A stretch of DNA of 39,457 bases from Candidatus Heimdallarchaeota archaeon. GTDB taxonomy: Archaea > Asgardarchaeota > Heimdallarchaeia > Heimdallarchaeales > Heimdallarchaeaceae. Numbering within the stretch: position 1 is the first letter of the stretch; every line of letters starts with the position of its first letter. The stretch lies in the NCBI GenBank assembly GCA_021399395.1, contig JAAFKJ010000156.1, forward strand, positions 1 to 39,457, written 5' to 3'. The translations under genes and the position numbers were made by a program. The notes beneath the pieces were generated by a model, which made no database searches, was not told where the DNA came from, and saw only the letters and a list, made by a program, of their open reading frames with translations. Of this stretch, positions 28,201 to 36,088 are shown in pieces.

Positions 28201-28328
28201 ATGAATTCATGAACTTTCTTGATTTGATATATAAGAAATGTATGCAATTGTTAATGTATTCTGGTAAAAAACCATATTTGAAGTGGGTTAGGAATTTTAT
28301 GCAAGAGCTTGGTAATATATTATATTAA
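25278..28328 (+). CDS. Large hypothetical protein (~1016 aa) with N-terminal coiled coil and possible PD-(D/E)xK nuclease motifs
   Basis: The uninterrupted 3 kb ORF supports coding. Motifs TELF...QGFDQ...IEFKY and TFEF...FHPDFVDGLEIRE were judged by eye only. ORF from 25239; likely ATG 25278. Confidence 0.75.
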   Translation: MTDTINLEKKCKKKELESMQAEIAEELENIKQIKKSLQKLTKTNKKDKKQQRISLVEDNEIVKFKNDAQYKIVKEDDYDISSKFSMEKKTKMNHPSNASILHPKQYKTVFTLDASLDLVSYARKNTADGTSFSIFTKDLIDYLNLDCNSSFDYMIEALQRIIADDTILLNPVFKKLSKNRLTEYIEILSESKGLTSLYKEKLTELFLLLSAFTYSGPANHPSIRKVKDYLSEDNLVCGINHAKSVQGFDQMIIKVEQGLGFRKLEIVNPIEFKYRYKNHLSWQVPSQTYNPKIFEMSIQQILETRERIGAYLIDKSGFQIYDPKSSFGRFLAETRGNAAIIKMAQWNLQLNVIAEQWTKLPQNAGLLYPLHEIVPNSGGKSLQKCLELVLYEQFRLEALAESEFIINYKGNLQGRYSNHPILKKTFEFIAQGVIKKREILGGDFRVDDKTAKGSEVVVFHPDFVDGLEIREYITFPLIEDNNFMSFLDFNPTKYRIYISNQVDDIITSDNEIIVCSTEFYKNFKQYLCGEIKTRFVNDIRDNLRLLGWNGIVSDDFEFQHDVSFITSTPTPKDYFDKFSGAYRFHDNLHKLKAEHHILGVDYVNCYALRPNADVNKHVTSNWFVNLSTNFHKERIPLSSVKIEKDIEDPFLDLTETYGLNIPNPEWEGYGMLTVNTYLCSGEYGVKTVYLEKLETESADLMKDLPKEYAHETILQRYDIFTESKNLFSRESIYTTRDYTKSISKISKRKVTNEIRAEYLTRQSFDGISDETELLVTLIRKDGKNKRFVRDGTDLLIMDSSIMVHRDQINYFPLVRKYSNKSTGSSRYRFEIHTSNPDVLQSLKNNLLECPWISDRGYKGVEINFSGWMNRLSNRNTNSHKSDQTIQVSFNAFETLWLLIYTARSMNELETELFLDFLNHYNLLIASGQHKKASLLWPSESEELSLCNFRKIYSFGLMGSSMQRYKHRIIYEVKSNEFMNFLDLIYKKCMQLLMYSGKKPYLKWVRNFMQELGNILY

Positions 28329-28383
28329 TTTAATTTGTTCTTCATTAGGGAACTTTAATAATAATTTATTTTTCTTTAATTTA

Positions 28384-30186
28384 ATGTCAATAGAATTGAA
28401 AGATGGTAAAAGGATAAGAAGTCCAATTGCAGTGATACTAGGTCACGTTGATTCAGGGAAAACCAGTCTTTTAGACAAAGTTCGTGGTACAGCTGTACAG
28501 GCCAGAGAAGCAGCAGGAATAACACAACACGTAGGAGCTAGTTACTTTCCGATGACGACAATTAAGGAAGTAACTCAGATATTACTAAAAAAAACACCTA
28601 TTGACTTTCAAATCCCTGGACTATTGATTGTTGATACACCTGGACATGCTGTTTTTACAAATTTAAGGAAGAGAGGCTCATCAGTTGCCGATATTGCTAT
28701 TTTGGTAGTTGATTGTTTAAAAGGATTTCAAGCTCAAACGTATGAAAGTATGGATATTTTACGTTCACGTAAAGTCCCTTTCATTGTAGCTGCAAATAAA
28801 ATTGACCGTATTTCTGCATGGAAAGGCATACCTAACTCTATATTCATCGAGAGTTATGAGAAACAAAATCCTAAGGCAAGTGCAGATCTCGATAATCGTA
28901 TCTATGAGATTATGGGCGAGTTAGCAGAAATGGGTTTTGAGTCAGATAGGTATGATAGAGTAAAGGATTTCCGTAAGAAAATTGCTATTGTTCCAACAAG
29001 TGCAAAAACAGGAGAAGGAATACCTGATCTATTTCTAGTTCTCGCTGGGCTTACTCAGCAATTTATGATGGAGAAACTCGAATATAGTGAGGGACCTGCA
29101 AGTGGAACTGTTCTAGAAGTCAAAGATGTCGAAGGTCTAGGAACAACAGCAGACGTCATTATTTATGATGGAGTTATTTCAAAAAATGACAAAATTGTTG
29201 TTGGTGGTAGAGAAGGTGCAGTGCTATTAAAAGTACGAGCCTTGTTGGAACCCAAAGACCTAGATGAAATGCGAGACCCTCGTGATAAGTTTAAAAATGT
29301 TGATTCTGCGTATGCGTCAGCTGGAATTAAAATTAGTTCTCCCGGTCTTGAAGTTGCATTAGCTGGAGCACCTTTAAAGGTCGCACTGCCTGGCAAAGAA
29401 GATGAAATCCTAGAAGAAGTCAACTCGGAATTAGAAGGCTTTAGAATTGAAACTAAAGACAATGGTGTCATAGTTAAAGTTGATACGCTAGGAAGTCTTG
29501 AAGCTATTGTTGATATGTTAAGAGAAAGAAATATTCCTATACAAAAAGCAGATGTCGGTGATGTTACTAAAATTGATGCTATCGATACTGCAATAGTAGC
29601 AGATAAAGCTCCAGAATATGGTGCAATATTGTGTTTCAATGTTTCAATTTTGCCTGATGCTCAAGAAGAAATTGAAGTTAGTGACCTTAAGGTCTTTGAA
29701 GATAGAGTTATTTACAATCTCATTGATGATTTTGAAAGATGGATGATTGATCAGAAAGAAGCTATCAAAGTAGGTTCTCTCAAAGATATAAAAATGCCAG
29801 CTAAAATCGTGCTCCTACCTAACCATACCTTCCATGCTAGTAAACCTGCGATTGTGGGTGTTGAGGTTCTTGGGGGTAAAATTAGTCCTGGTCAGATGTT
29901 AATACGTGAAGATAACAGAAGGGTTGGTAGAATACGTCAAATTCAAGATAGTCAAGAAACCGTTCAAGTTGCTGGAAAAGGAAAACAAGTTGCTATTTCA
30001 ATTAGAGGTCCTACAGTAGGGAGACAAATAAACGAAGAAGATGTCTTATATGTAGACATTCCTGAAAGACACGCTGTATTATTAATGAGAAAATATCGCG
30101 ACATGATAACAAATGATGACGCAACAATCCTTGAAGAACTAGCAGAAATAAAGAAGAAGCATGCCCACAAATTCTGGGGTTGGTAA
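28384..30186 (+). CDS. infB: Translation initiation factor aIF5B (IF-2)
   Basis: RSPIAVILGHVDSGKTSLLD, EAAGITQHVGA, DTPGH, NKID, DTLGSLEA; likely ATG 28384. Confidence 0.97.
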   Translation: MSIELKDGKRIRSPIAVILGHVDSGKTSLLDKVRGTAVQAREAAGITQHVGASYFPMTTIKEVTQILLKKTPIDFQIPGLLIVDTPGHAVFTNLRKRGSSVADIAILVVDCLKGFQAQTYESMDILRSRKVPFIVAANKIDRISAWKGIPNSIFIESYEKQNPKASADLDNRIYEIMGELAEMGFESDRYDRVKDFRKKIAIVPTSAKTGEGIPDLFLVLAGLTQQFMMEKLEYSEGPASGTVLEVKDVEGLGTTADVIIYDGVISKNDKIVVGGREGAVLLKVRALLEPKDLDEMRDPRDKFKNVDSAYASAGIKISSPGLEVALAGAPLKVALPGKEDEILEEVNSELEGFRIETKDNGVIVKVDTLGSLEAIVDMLRERNIPIQKADVGDVTKIDAIDTAIVADKAPEYGAILCFNVSILPDAQEEIEVSDLKVFEDRVIYNLIDDFERWMIDQKEAIKVGSLKDIKMPAKIVLLPNHTFHASKPAIVGVEVLGGKISPGQMLIREDNRRVGRIRQIQDSQETVQVAGKGKQVAISIRGPTVGRQINEEDVLYVDIPERHAVLLMRKYRDMITNDDATILEELAEIKKKHAHKFWGW

Positions 30187-30227
30187 GTTTCCGAGATAAC
30201 TTTATATATTTAGTTAGCGATTTTTTT

Positions 30228-30290
30228 ACTGGCTGAGTGTATGTTTTTCAACCTACTCAGCTAGTTCCGGAGAAACCTGGGAGGGTTTCA
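30228..30290 (+). ncRNA. Candidate small two-hairpin RNA between convergent infB and tiaS
   Basis: Stem ACTGGCTGAGT/ACTCAGCTAGT (11 bp, one G-U), then GAAACCT/GGGTTTC. TATA TTTATATA at 30201-30208 sits at promoter distance from the stem start. Confidence 0.4.
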
Positions 30291-30292
30291 TT

Positions 30293-31657
30293 TCAAACCT
30301 GAGATGACCTCTTCCACCATTTTTCAATTATTTCATAACTTGTTTTTTTCTGTAAATTATATCTTCGAAATGGTTTAACAAGATGCCTTTGAGCTTGTTC
30401 TGGTGGAATTATTAGTTTCTTCTTAATGTCTCTTTCAAGAATCTTAAGTGTTTTTACCATATTCTTATCTTTGTAACCACAGCTTCTGCACTTATACCCC
30501 TTCAGATATCCATCACTTGTCATCCTTTTGGAACACTTAGGACATAATGGTGCTTCTTCTTTATAATATTCTGATAGAAAGACTATCTCACATTTTTCTA
30601 GGTGTACAGAATGTTTCTTGAATTCCTCTTTGTATTTTACCCCACCATATGCAATAATCCTGTCTTGAGGAATTAGTTTTTTTATAGTCTTCTTGAAATT
30701 CTTACTAGGTTCAAATGCGGCAATATCAACTTCCTCACCGTTGACGCAAATTTTCCCCTTAAAGAAAACATGCCCACCAGTAATTGTAATAGGTCTTTCT
30801 AGGACTTCTACTTCACCTTTGAATACACTATAGTTCTCAGCTTTTGAATCTGCATATTTGAAGTGTTGGTCTGTTCCTTGATTTGTTCGAAAAACACAAT
30901 ATCCACCAATCGGTTCTTCTACCTCTATTAGTGAAAAAGCTTCTAGAACATCTTGGGGAGTCTCTCCTCGTATTCCAAAGAATACTGGGTCTTTACCTGC
31001 TGGACAGATGAGAACCTTGTTTGTTTCTGAATCAATATTATTGAATACTTTAGGAGCTAATTGTTGATCCATTTCATGTACGGATTTTTCATTAATCCGT
31101 CTCTTTGATCCAATGAATTCTTCTGTTCTATATGCAAGTAATTCAAATGTAAAGTCTTCCTTCTCTGGTTCTAATAGATTCCCTATTGCAGCTAGCCCTC
31201 CTATTAATCCTCTACCATTTCCTTTTGAAAAATGAAAAAGACAAAATCGCTCTGCTAATTCTTTTGCTTCTAGTATCGATATATTTTTTACTAGAGCTCT
31301 TAACGCAAACTCTTGGATCTCCTTTGAAATTTCTCCTTCAATGATAACTAATCCAGGATTGGTGTTTTCATCCATATGATAATGCTGCTCAACCTGTTTC
31401 TGAATAATCTGCTTGATATATGCAATATTTTCTCGGTCTATCTCTACTGTTATGCTAATGGAACCATTTCCTCTAGTTTTCCAAGGAATGTTAGGGTTAT
31501 TTCTGATTAGTTTTGGGTAATCTAAGAAATTACAGTGATTCGAAATGCTATCTATTATAGCTAGAGCTAGATAAGTTGTACATCCTCCTCTCAAAGAGTC
31601 TGTATCGTCAAAACCAATATAAATCACTGTTTTATTATCTAATTCCAATTTGGACAA
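30293..31657 (-). CDS. tiaS: tRNA(Ile2) agmatinylcytidine synthetase TiaS
   Basis: IGFDDTDSLRGGCTTY, NPNIPWKTRGNG, GRGLIGGLAA, DPVFFGIRG, TNQGTD, AAFEPS, zinc ribbon CPKC...CRSC. Confidence 0.95.
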   Translation of the reverse strand: MSKLELDNKTVIYIGFDDTDSLRGGCTTYLALAIIDSISNHCNFLDYPKLIRNNPNIPWKTRGNGSISITVEIDRENIAYIKQIIQKQVEQHYHMDENTNPGLVIIEGEISKEIQEFALRALVKNISILEAKELAERFCLFHFSKGNGRGLIGGLAAIGNLLEPEKEDFTFELLAYRTEEFIGSKRRINEKSVHEMDQQLAPKVFNNIDSETNKVLICPAGKDPVFFGIRGETPQDVLEAFSLIEVEEPIGGYCVFRTNQGTDQHFKYADSKAENYSVFKGEVEVLERPITITGGHVFFKGKICVNGEEVDIAAFEPSKNFKKTIKKLIPQDRIIAYGGVKYKEEFKKHSVHLEKCEIVFLSEYYKEEAPLCPKCSKRMTSDGYLKGYKCRSCGYKDKNMVKTLKILERDIKKKLIIPPEQAQRHLVKPFRRYNLQKKTSYEIIEKWWKRSSQV

Positions 31658-31686
31658 ATAAAAATAAGAAAAGTAAATTTAAGGGA

Positions 31687-32418
31687 TTAGATTGAGTACC
31701 AAACTTCTCCGTTCCTATCAGTTTCTATTCTGATTAGTTCAGTTTTTTCTGCGATATACTGTAATCTTTCTCCTAAATCTCCTCTCCACAACCTCATTTT
31801 CCTCGCAAGTGCAGTTAAAGAAACCTTATTCTCTGGTTGATTTATTAAGACCTTGAAAATGCTGCGAATAACAATCCTATCATTGTAATCATAAACTGTT
31901 TTTTCAATTATATTGTTAAAACGAGAAAAGGCTTCATTTATTTCTTGCACATAATTTTTCCTTTGCTGATTAAGTTTTGTTATTTCTTCTGCTTTTTCTT
32001 TAATACTTTCGCGAATTTCAGAAAGCTCTTTTGTTATTTGACTGCGTATCTTTTCTTGTTTTTTGATGTGTTCTTCTTTAAGTTCAACAACTGTTTCATC
32101 AGTCGGGACATACTTGACATCGAATGTGTTTTGACCAACATCGATAATTAATGAAAAGGATTGATTCAATTTTGCATACTTTCTTGTCGGTCCTTTGTCA
32201 CTGTCTCTTTCTATCATTGAAACAATTCCTAATCCCTCGAGTTCTGATAAATACTTTGCAATTATTCTAGGGGAAATATCTAAAAGACGAGATAACTGAA
32301 AAGAATAGAGATCTTCTTCTGATAGTAACTCTAGAATCCTGCGTCTAGTCGAATTTGATAAGAAATCTAGTAATTCAAAAACATCCAAATCTCTGTTCTG
32401 ATCATTTTTTCCTAACAT
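31687..32418 (-). CDS. ArsR-family HTH regulator (Phr/HSR1-like heat-shock repressor)
   Basis: LSNSTRRRILELLS...LSRLLDISP..IAKYLSELEGLGIV...GPTRKY, followed by a coiled coil; located in the hsp20-cdc48 operon. Confidence 0.85.
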   Translation of the reverse strand: MLGKNDQNRDLDVFELLDFLSNSTRRRILELLSEEDLYSFQLSRLLDISPRIIAKYLSELEGLGIVSMIERDSDKGPTRKYAKLNQSFSLIIDVGQNTFDVKYVPTDETVVELKEEHIKKQEKIRSQITKELSEIRESIKEKAEEITKLNQQRKNYVQEINEAFSRFNNIIEKTVYDYNDRIVIRSIFKVLINQPENKVSLTALARKMRLWRGDLGERLQYIAEKTELIRIETDRNGEVWYSI

Positions 32419-32450
32419 CTTTTACACCTCAAAAGTTAAGGTTATAGGGG

Positions 32451-34682
32451 TTAAACAAACCCCATATCCTTTTTAATGGCTTCTTTTCGCATGTCTTTCC
32501 CAACAGCAGTAACTCTTTCTTCTGAAGGTTTAGTTTGTTCTAGTGCTTCAGCTAAAACAGCTTGAGTGATTTTACAATCACATTTTTCAACATCAAATTC
32601 CTTACTTTCTTCGATATCTTCACCATGTTCCAGTACGTAGTTTCGTATTGCTATCAGTTTGCTTTCACTGCATACAGAAGCAATATCTGCACCTGAATAT
32701 CCTTCTGTATCTCGTGCAAGATCTTCTATATTCACATCATCTGCTAATGGAGTATCTTTTAGATGGATTTCGAAAATTTGTTTTCTACCTTCTTGATTTG
32801 GAGATGTCACTTTAACCAATCTATCAAATCTACCCGGTCTTAGGAGCGCAGGATCTACCATGTCTGGTCTATTAGAAGCGGCAATAACTACAACATTTCT
32901 TAATTCTTCAAGACCATCAAGTTCTGTAAGTAGTTGACTAATGACTCTCTCTGTTACTCCTGAATCTGAACTTCTACCTCTTACTGGAGTGATTGAATCT
33001 ATTTCATCTAAGAATATTATACAAGGAGCAGCCTGTCTTGCTTTTCTGAATATCTCTCTGATTGCTTTTTCACTTTCTCCTACCCATTTTGATAGAACTT
33101 CTGGACCTTTAACAGAAATGAAATTTGATTCAGATTCATGTGCTACTGCTTTTGCAATAAGTGTCTTTCCTGTCCCTGGTGCCCCATATAGTAGAATCCC
33201 CTTAGGTGCCTGAGCTTTCATTGTTTTATACAAACCTTTGAATTTCAATGGCCATTCAACAGCTCTTCGCATTTCTTTCTTTACATCGTTAAGACCACCT
33301 ATGTCTTCCCAAGAAACATCGGGAATTTCTACAAATACTTCTCTTAAAGCTGAAGGTTCTATTGTCCGTAATGCATTTTGAAAGTCTTGATTCCTAACAT
33401 CGATTTTTTGCAGAACTTCCATAGGTATTTCTTCATCCTCTAAATCTATGTCTGGGAGAACTCTTCTCAGAGACTGCATCGCTGATTCTTTCACCAATGC
33501 TGTCACATCTGCACCAACAAAACCATGAGTCATATCAGCTAGTCTGTTTAGATCAACATCTTCAACTATTGGCATTCCTCTTGTATGTATCAATAATATC
33601 TCATAACGCCCATCTCTATCAGGTATTCCTATTTCTATCTCTCTGTCAAATCTACCTGGTCTTCTCAGAGCAGGATCAATGGCATTAACTCTATTTGTGG
33701 CACCAATAACAATAACTTGACCTCTATCTTCAAGACCATCCATTAGTGCTAGAAGCTGAGCAACAATACGGCGTTCAACTTCACCAGTTACTTCTTCTCT
33801 TTTTGGAGCTATTGCATCTAGTTCATCTATAAACAATATACTTGGGGCATTTTCAGCTGCTTCTTTGAATAAATCACGTAATTTTTGTTCAGACTCACCA
33901 TAAAACTTGGACATAATTTCAGGCCCTGAAAGGACATAGAAACTAGCTTCGGTTTCATTAGCTACCGCTCTTGCTAGTAATGTTTTTCCTGTCCCAGGCG
34001 GACCATGTAGGAGAACACCACTTGGTGGTTCAATTCCAAGTCTTTTGAATAATTCTGGATGTCTGAGTGGTAATTCGATCATCTCTCTTACTCTTGAAAT
34101 TTCTTCAGTTAAACCACCTATGTCTTCGTAAGATATACGTTTAACATCTGCAGCTTTAACGTCATCCCATGGTTTATCACTTATCTGGATGTTTGTTTCA
34201 GATGCCATAATAACTGCATCAACAGCTGGTGTAACAGATGCTACACCTAGAAATATTTTCTTAGACATACCTAAACCAATAGGGATAATGTCTCCAGTAG
34301 TAAGAACCCTGTCTTCAAGAGTTTGTTTTAACCAAACATCAAATCCTTTAACCTGAACCTTCTCAGTTGGAGCGAAGATGATTTTTCTAGCTTTTGTTGC
34401 TGATGATTTTTCGATTGCTACCCTATCATCAATCCCAACTTCAGCATTCATTCTAATCATTCTATCTAATCTGATGACATTCTTACCAAAATCTTCAGGA
34501 ACCCCACGCCATGCTCGAGCATAAGTTTTCTTACTCCCCTCGATGCTGACAATATCTCCAGTTCCAATTTCTAGAATATCTGCAATATCTTGAGAGATTC
34601 TAACTATTCCTCGTCCTACATCTCTTTGTAGGGCTTCTTTTACACGTAAACTTTTTCTTTTGTCTTCTTCTGTCGCTGACAT
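32451..34682 (-). CDS. cdc48: CDC48/VAT family AAA+ ATPase
   Basis: N-domain, D1 [28 protein letters not shown]2 [22 protein letters not shown]. Confidence 0.97.
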   Translation of the reverse strand: MSATEEDKRKSLRVKEALQRDVGRGIVRISQDIADILEIGTGDIVSIEGSKKTYARAWRGVPEDFGKNVIRLDRMIRMNAEVGIDDRVAIEKSSATKARKIIFAPTEKVQVKGFDVWLKQTLEDRVLTTGDIIPIGLGMSKKIFLGVASVTPAVDAVIMASETNIQISDKPWDDVKAADVKRISYEDIGGLTEEISRVREMIELPLRHPELFKRLGIEPPSGVLLHGPPGTGKTLLARAVANETEASFYVLSGPEIMSKFYGESEQKLRDLFKEAAENAPSILFIDELDAIAPKREEVTGEVERRIVAQLLALMDGLEDRGQVIVIGATNRVNAIDPALRRPGRFDREIEIGIPDRDGRYEILLIHTRGMPIVEDVDLNRLADMTHGFVGADVTALVKESAMQSLRRVLPDIDLEDEEIPMEVLQKIDVRNQDFQNALRTIEPSALREVFVEIPDVSWEDIGGLNDVKKEMRRAVEWPLKFKGLYKTMKAQAPKGILLYGAPGTGKTLIAKAVAHESESNFISVKGPEVLSKWVGESEKAIREIFRKARQAAPCIIFLDEIDSITPVRGRSSDSGVTERVISQLLTELDGLEELRNVVVIAASNRPDMVDPALLRPGRFDRLVKVTSPNQEGRKQIFEIHLKDTPLADDVNIEDLARDTEGYSGADIASVCSESKLIAIRNYVLEHGEDIEESKEFDVEKCDCKITQAVLAEALEQTKPSEERVTAVGKDMRKEAIKKDMGFV

Positions 34683-34705
34683 TTTATATCACCATAATTG
34701 AAAAA

Positions 34706-35365
34706 TTAGTTGATGGGAATATCAGTTTCATTCCCATTTCCGCTTTCAAGAAGTTTCAATTTGACTTCTAGAATACCATGCTTCATTGAAGCAGAAATCT
34801 CTTTGTCTTGATCAATTCTGTATGGAATTGGGATTTTAGTGTCAATCTGTTTTTTACTATTATCTGCTGATAAGAATAATTGTTGCTTTACCAATTTAAG
34901 TTCCACATCTTCCTTGCTAAAACCTGGCATCTCTACGATAAGGTATAATTCATTATTTTCCTTGTCAACTTGAAGATCATAAGCAGTTTCATAATCCTGT
35001 TTTTCTGTTTGTTTTTCTGTTACCTTATGGTCGCCAGAAATCAGCACTGGTTGCGAAACTTCTCCTATTAACTGACCTAAACTTGGAAAAATACTTGCGA
35101 ATCTTTTTAGTGACTGTCTAAAAGCATCCTCATTCCAATTGAATGACTTCTCTAGATTACCGATTCTATCAAAGAATTCCTTACCATAATCCTCTGGAAT
35201 ATCACCAATCTCTCTATATTCTTCCTTACCTTCCTTGTCTCGGTTAAAATCGTACCCGTATTCTTTTTCTACGCCATTGAAATTGGAGTAGAACCTCACA
35301 CTTCTGAATTCTTCACTAAATCCCTTAGGAAATTCATCTTCTTCATTTTTGTCCTTTTTATTCAT
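34706..35365 (-). CDS. hsp20: Archaeal small heat shock protein Hsp20 (alpha-crystallin domain)
   Basis: C-terminal IVEMPGFSKEDVEL...ASMKHGILEVKL and IxI tail (DIPIN); directly upstream of cdc48. Confidence 0.88.
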   Translation of the reverse strand: MNKKDKNEEDEFPKGFSEEFRSVRFYSNFNGVEKEYGYDFNRDKEGKEEYREIGDIPEDYGKEFFDRIGNLEKSFNWNEDAFRQSLKRFASIFPSLGQLIGEVSQPVLISGDHKVTEKQTEKQDYETAYDLQVDKENNELYLIVEMPGFSKEDVELKLVKQQLFLSADNSKKQIDTKIPIPYRIDQDKEISASMKHGILEVKLKLLESGNGNETDIPIN

Positions 35366-35381
35366 TTAATTCACATCTCCC

Positions 35382-35420
35382 AGTATTGCACTTTGGGTAT
35401 TGGACTTTTAGTACAATACT
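35382..35420 (-). promoter_or_regulatory. 11-17-11 inverted repeat at the hsp20 operon transcription start / 5' UTR
   Basis: AGTATTGCACT...AGTACAATACT with one mismatch (a G-U pair on the mRNA strand); TATA TTTATATA at ~35437-35444 on the minus strand. Confidence 0.6.
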
Positions 35421-35512
35421 ATGAGTCACAAACTGATATATAAATGTATCGCTTATTAAAATCTTCCTCTATTTTAAGAAAAAATAAATAACAAGATACG
35501 AATGTTCTATCT

Positions 35513-36088
35513 ATGGATAAAAACAGATGTTGGGGAAGCAAAGATGATTTAGCTAGAGCATATCATGATGAAGAATGGGGTGTTCAAGTGCATGATGATA
35601 GAGTTCTTTTTGAGTTTTTAATTTTAGAAGGAGCTCAAGCAGGATTAAACTGGATGACCATATTAAGAAGAAGAGAAGGGTACAAGTTTGTCTTTGATAA
35701 CTTTGATTACAAAATTATAGCAGAATATGATCAAAAAAAGATTGATAAATTAATACAAGATGCGAGGATTATAAGAAACAGATTGAAAATCCAATCAACT
35801 ATTCTTAACGCTAAGGCTTTTCTTGAAATTCAAGAAGAGTTTGGTTCATTTGATAAATATCTGTGGGATTTCATAGATAACAAACCGATTATGAATAATT
35901 TTACGGATTGGAAGGAAGTACCTGCAAAGACAGAACTATCAGATATAATATCAAAAGATCTTAAAAAAAGAGGAATGAAATTTGTGGGTAGCACTATCAT
36001 GTATGCTTACATGCAGGCTGTGGGGATGGTCAATGACCATCTTGTAACTTGTTTCCGACATAAGGAAATCACTCATGACACTAGTTAA
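35513..36088 (+). CDS. tag: DNA-3-methyladenine glycosylase I
   Basis: RCW...YHDEEWG...LFEFLILEGAQAGLNW...IIRNRLKI...FVGSTIMYAYMQAVGMVNDHLVTCF. Confidence 0.95.
   Translation: MDKNRCWGSKDDLARAYHDEEWGVQVHDDRVLFEFLILEGAQAGLNWMTILRRREGYKFVFDNFDYKIIAEYDQKKIDKLIQDARIIRNRLKIQSTILNAKAFLEIQEEFGSFDKYLWDFIDNKPIMNNFTDWKEVPAKTELSDIISKDLKKRGMKFVGSTIMYAYMQAVGMVNDHLVTCFRHKEITHDTS

Noticed and set aside
23393-28383. Calling the ndk-infB insert a prophage, transposon or restriction-modification system
   Set aside because: No integrase, transposase, structural or methyltransferase motifs and no convincing att sites or target duplication seen.
28309-28383. N-terminal extension of aIF5B overlapping the large ORF
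   Set aside because: Low-complexity AT-rich translation; homology begins after ATG 28384.
35385-35417. CIRCE-like element upstream of hsp20
   Set aside because: The arms only loosely resemble TTAGCACTC and the spacer is far longer than 9 nt; kept as an unnamed inverted repeat.
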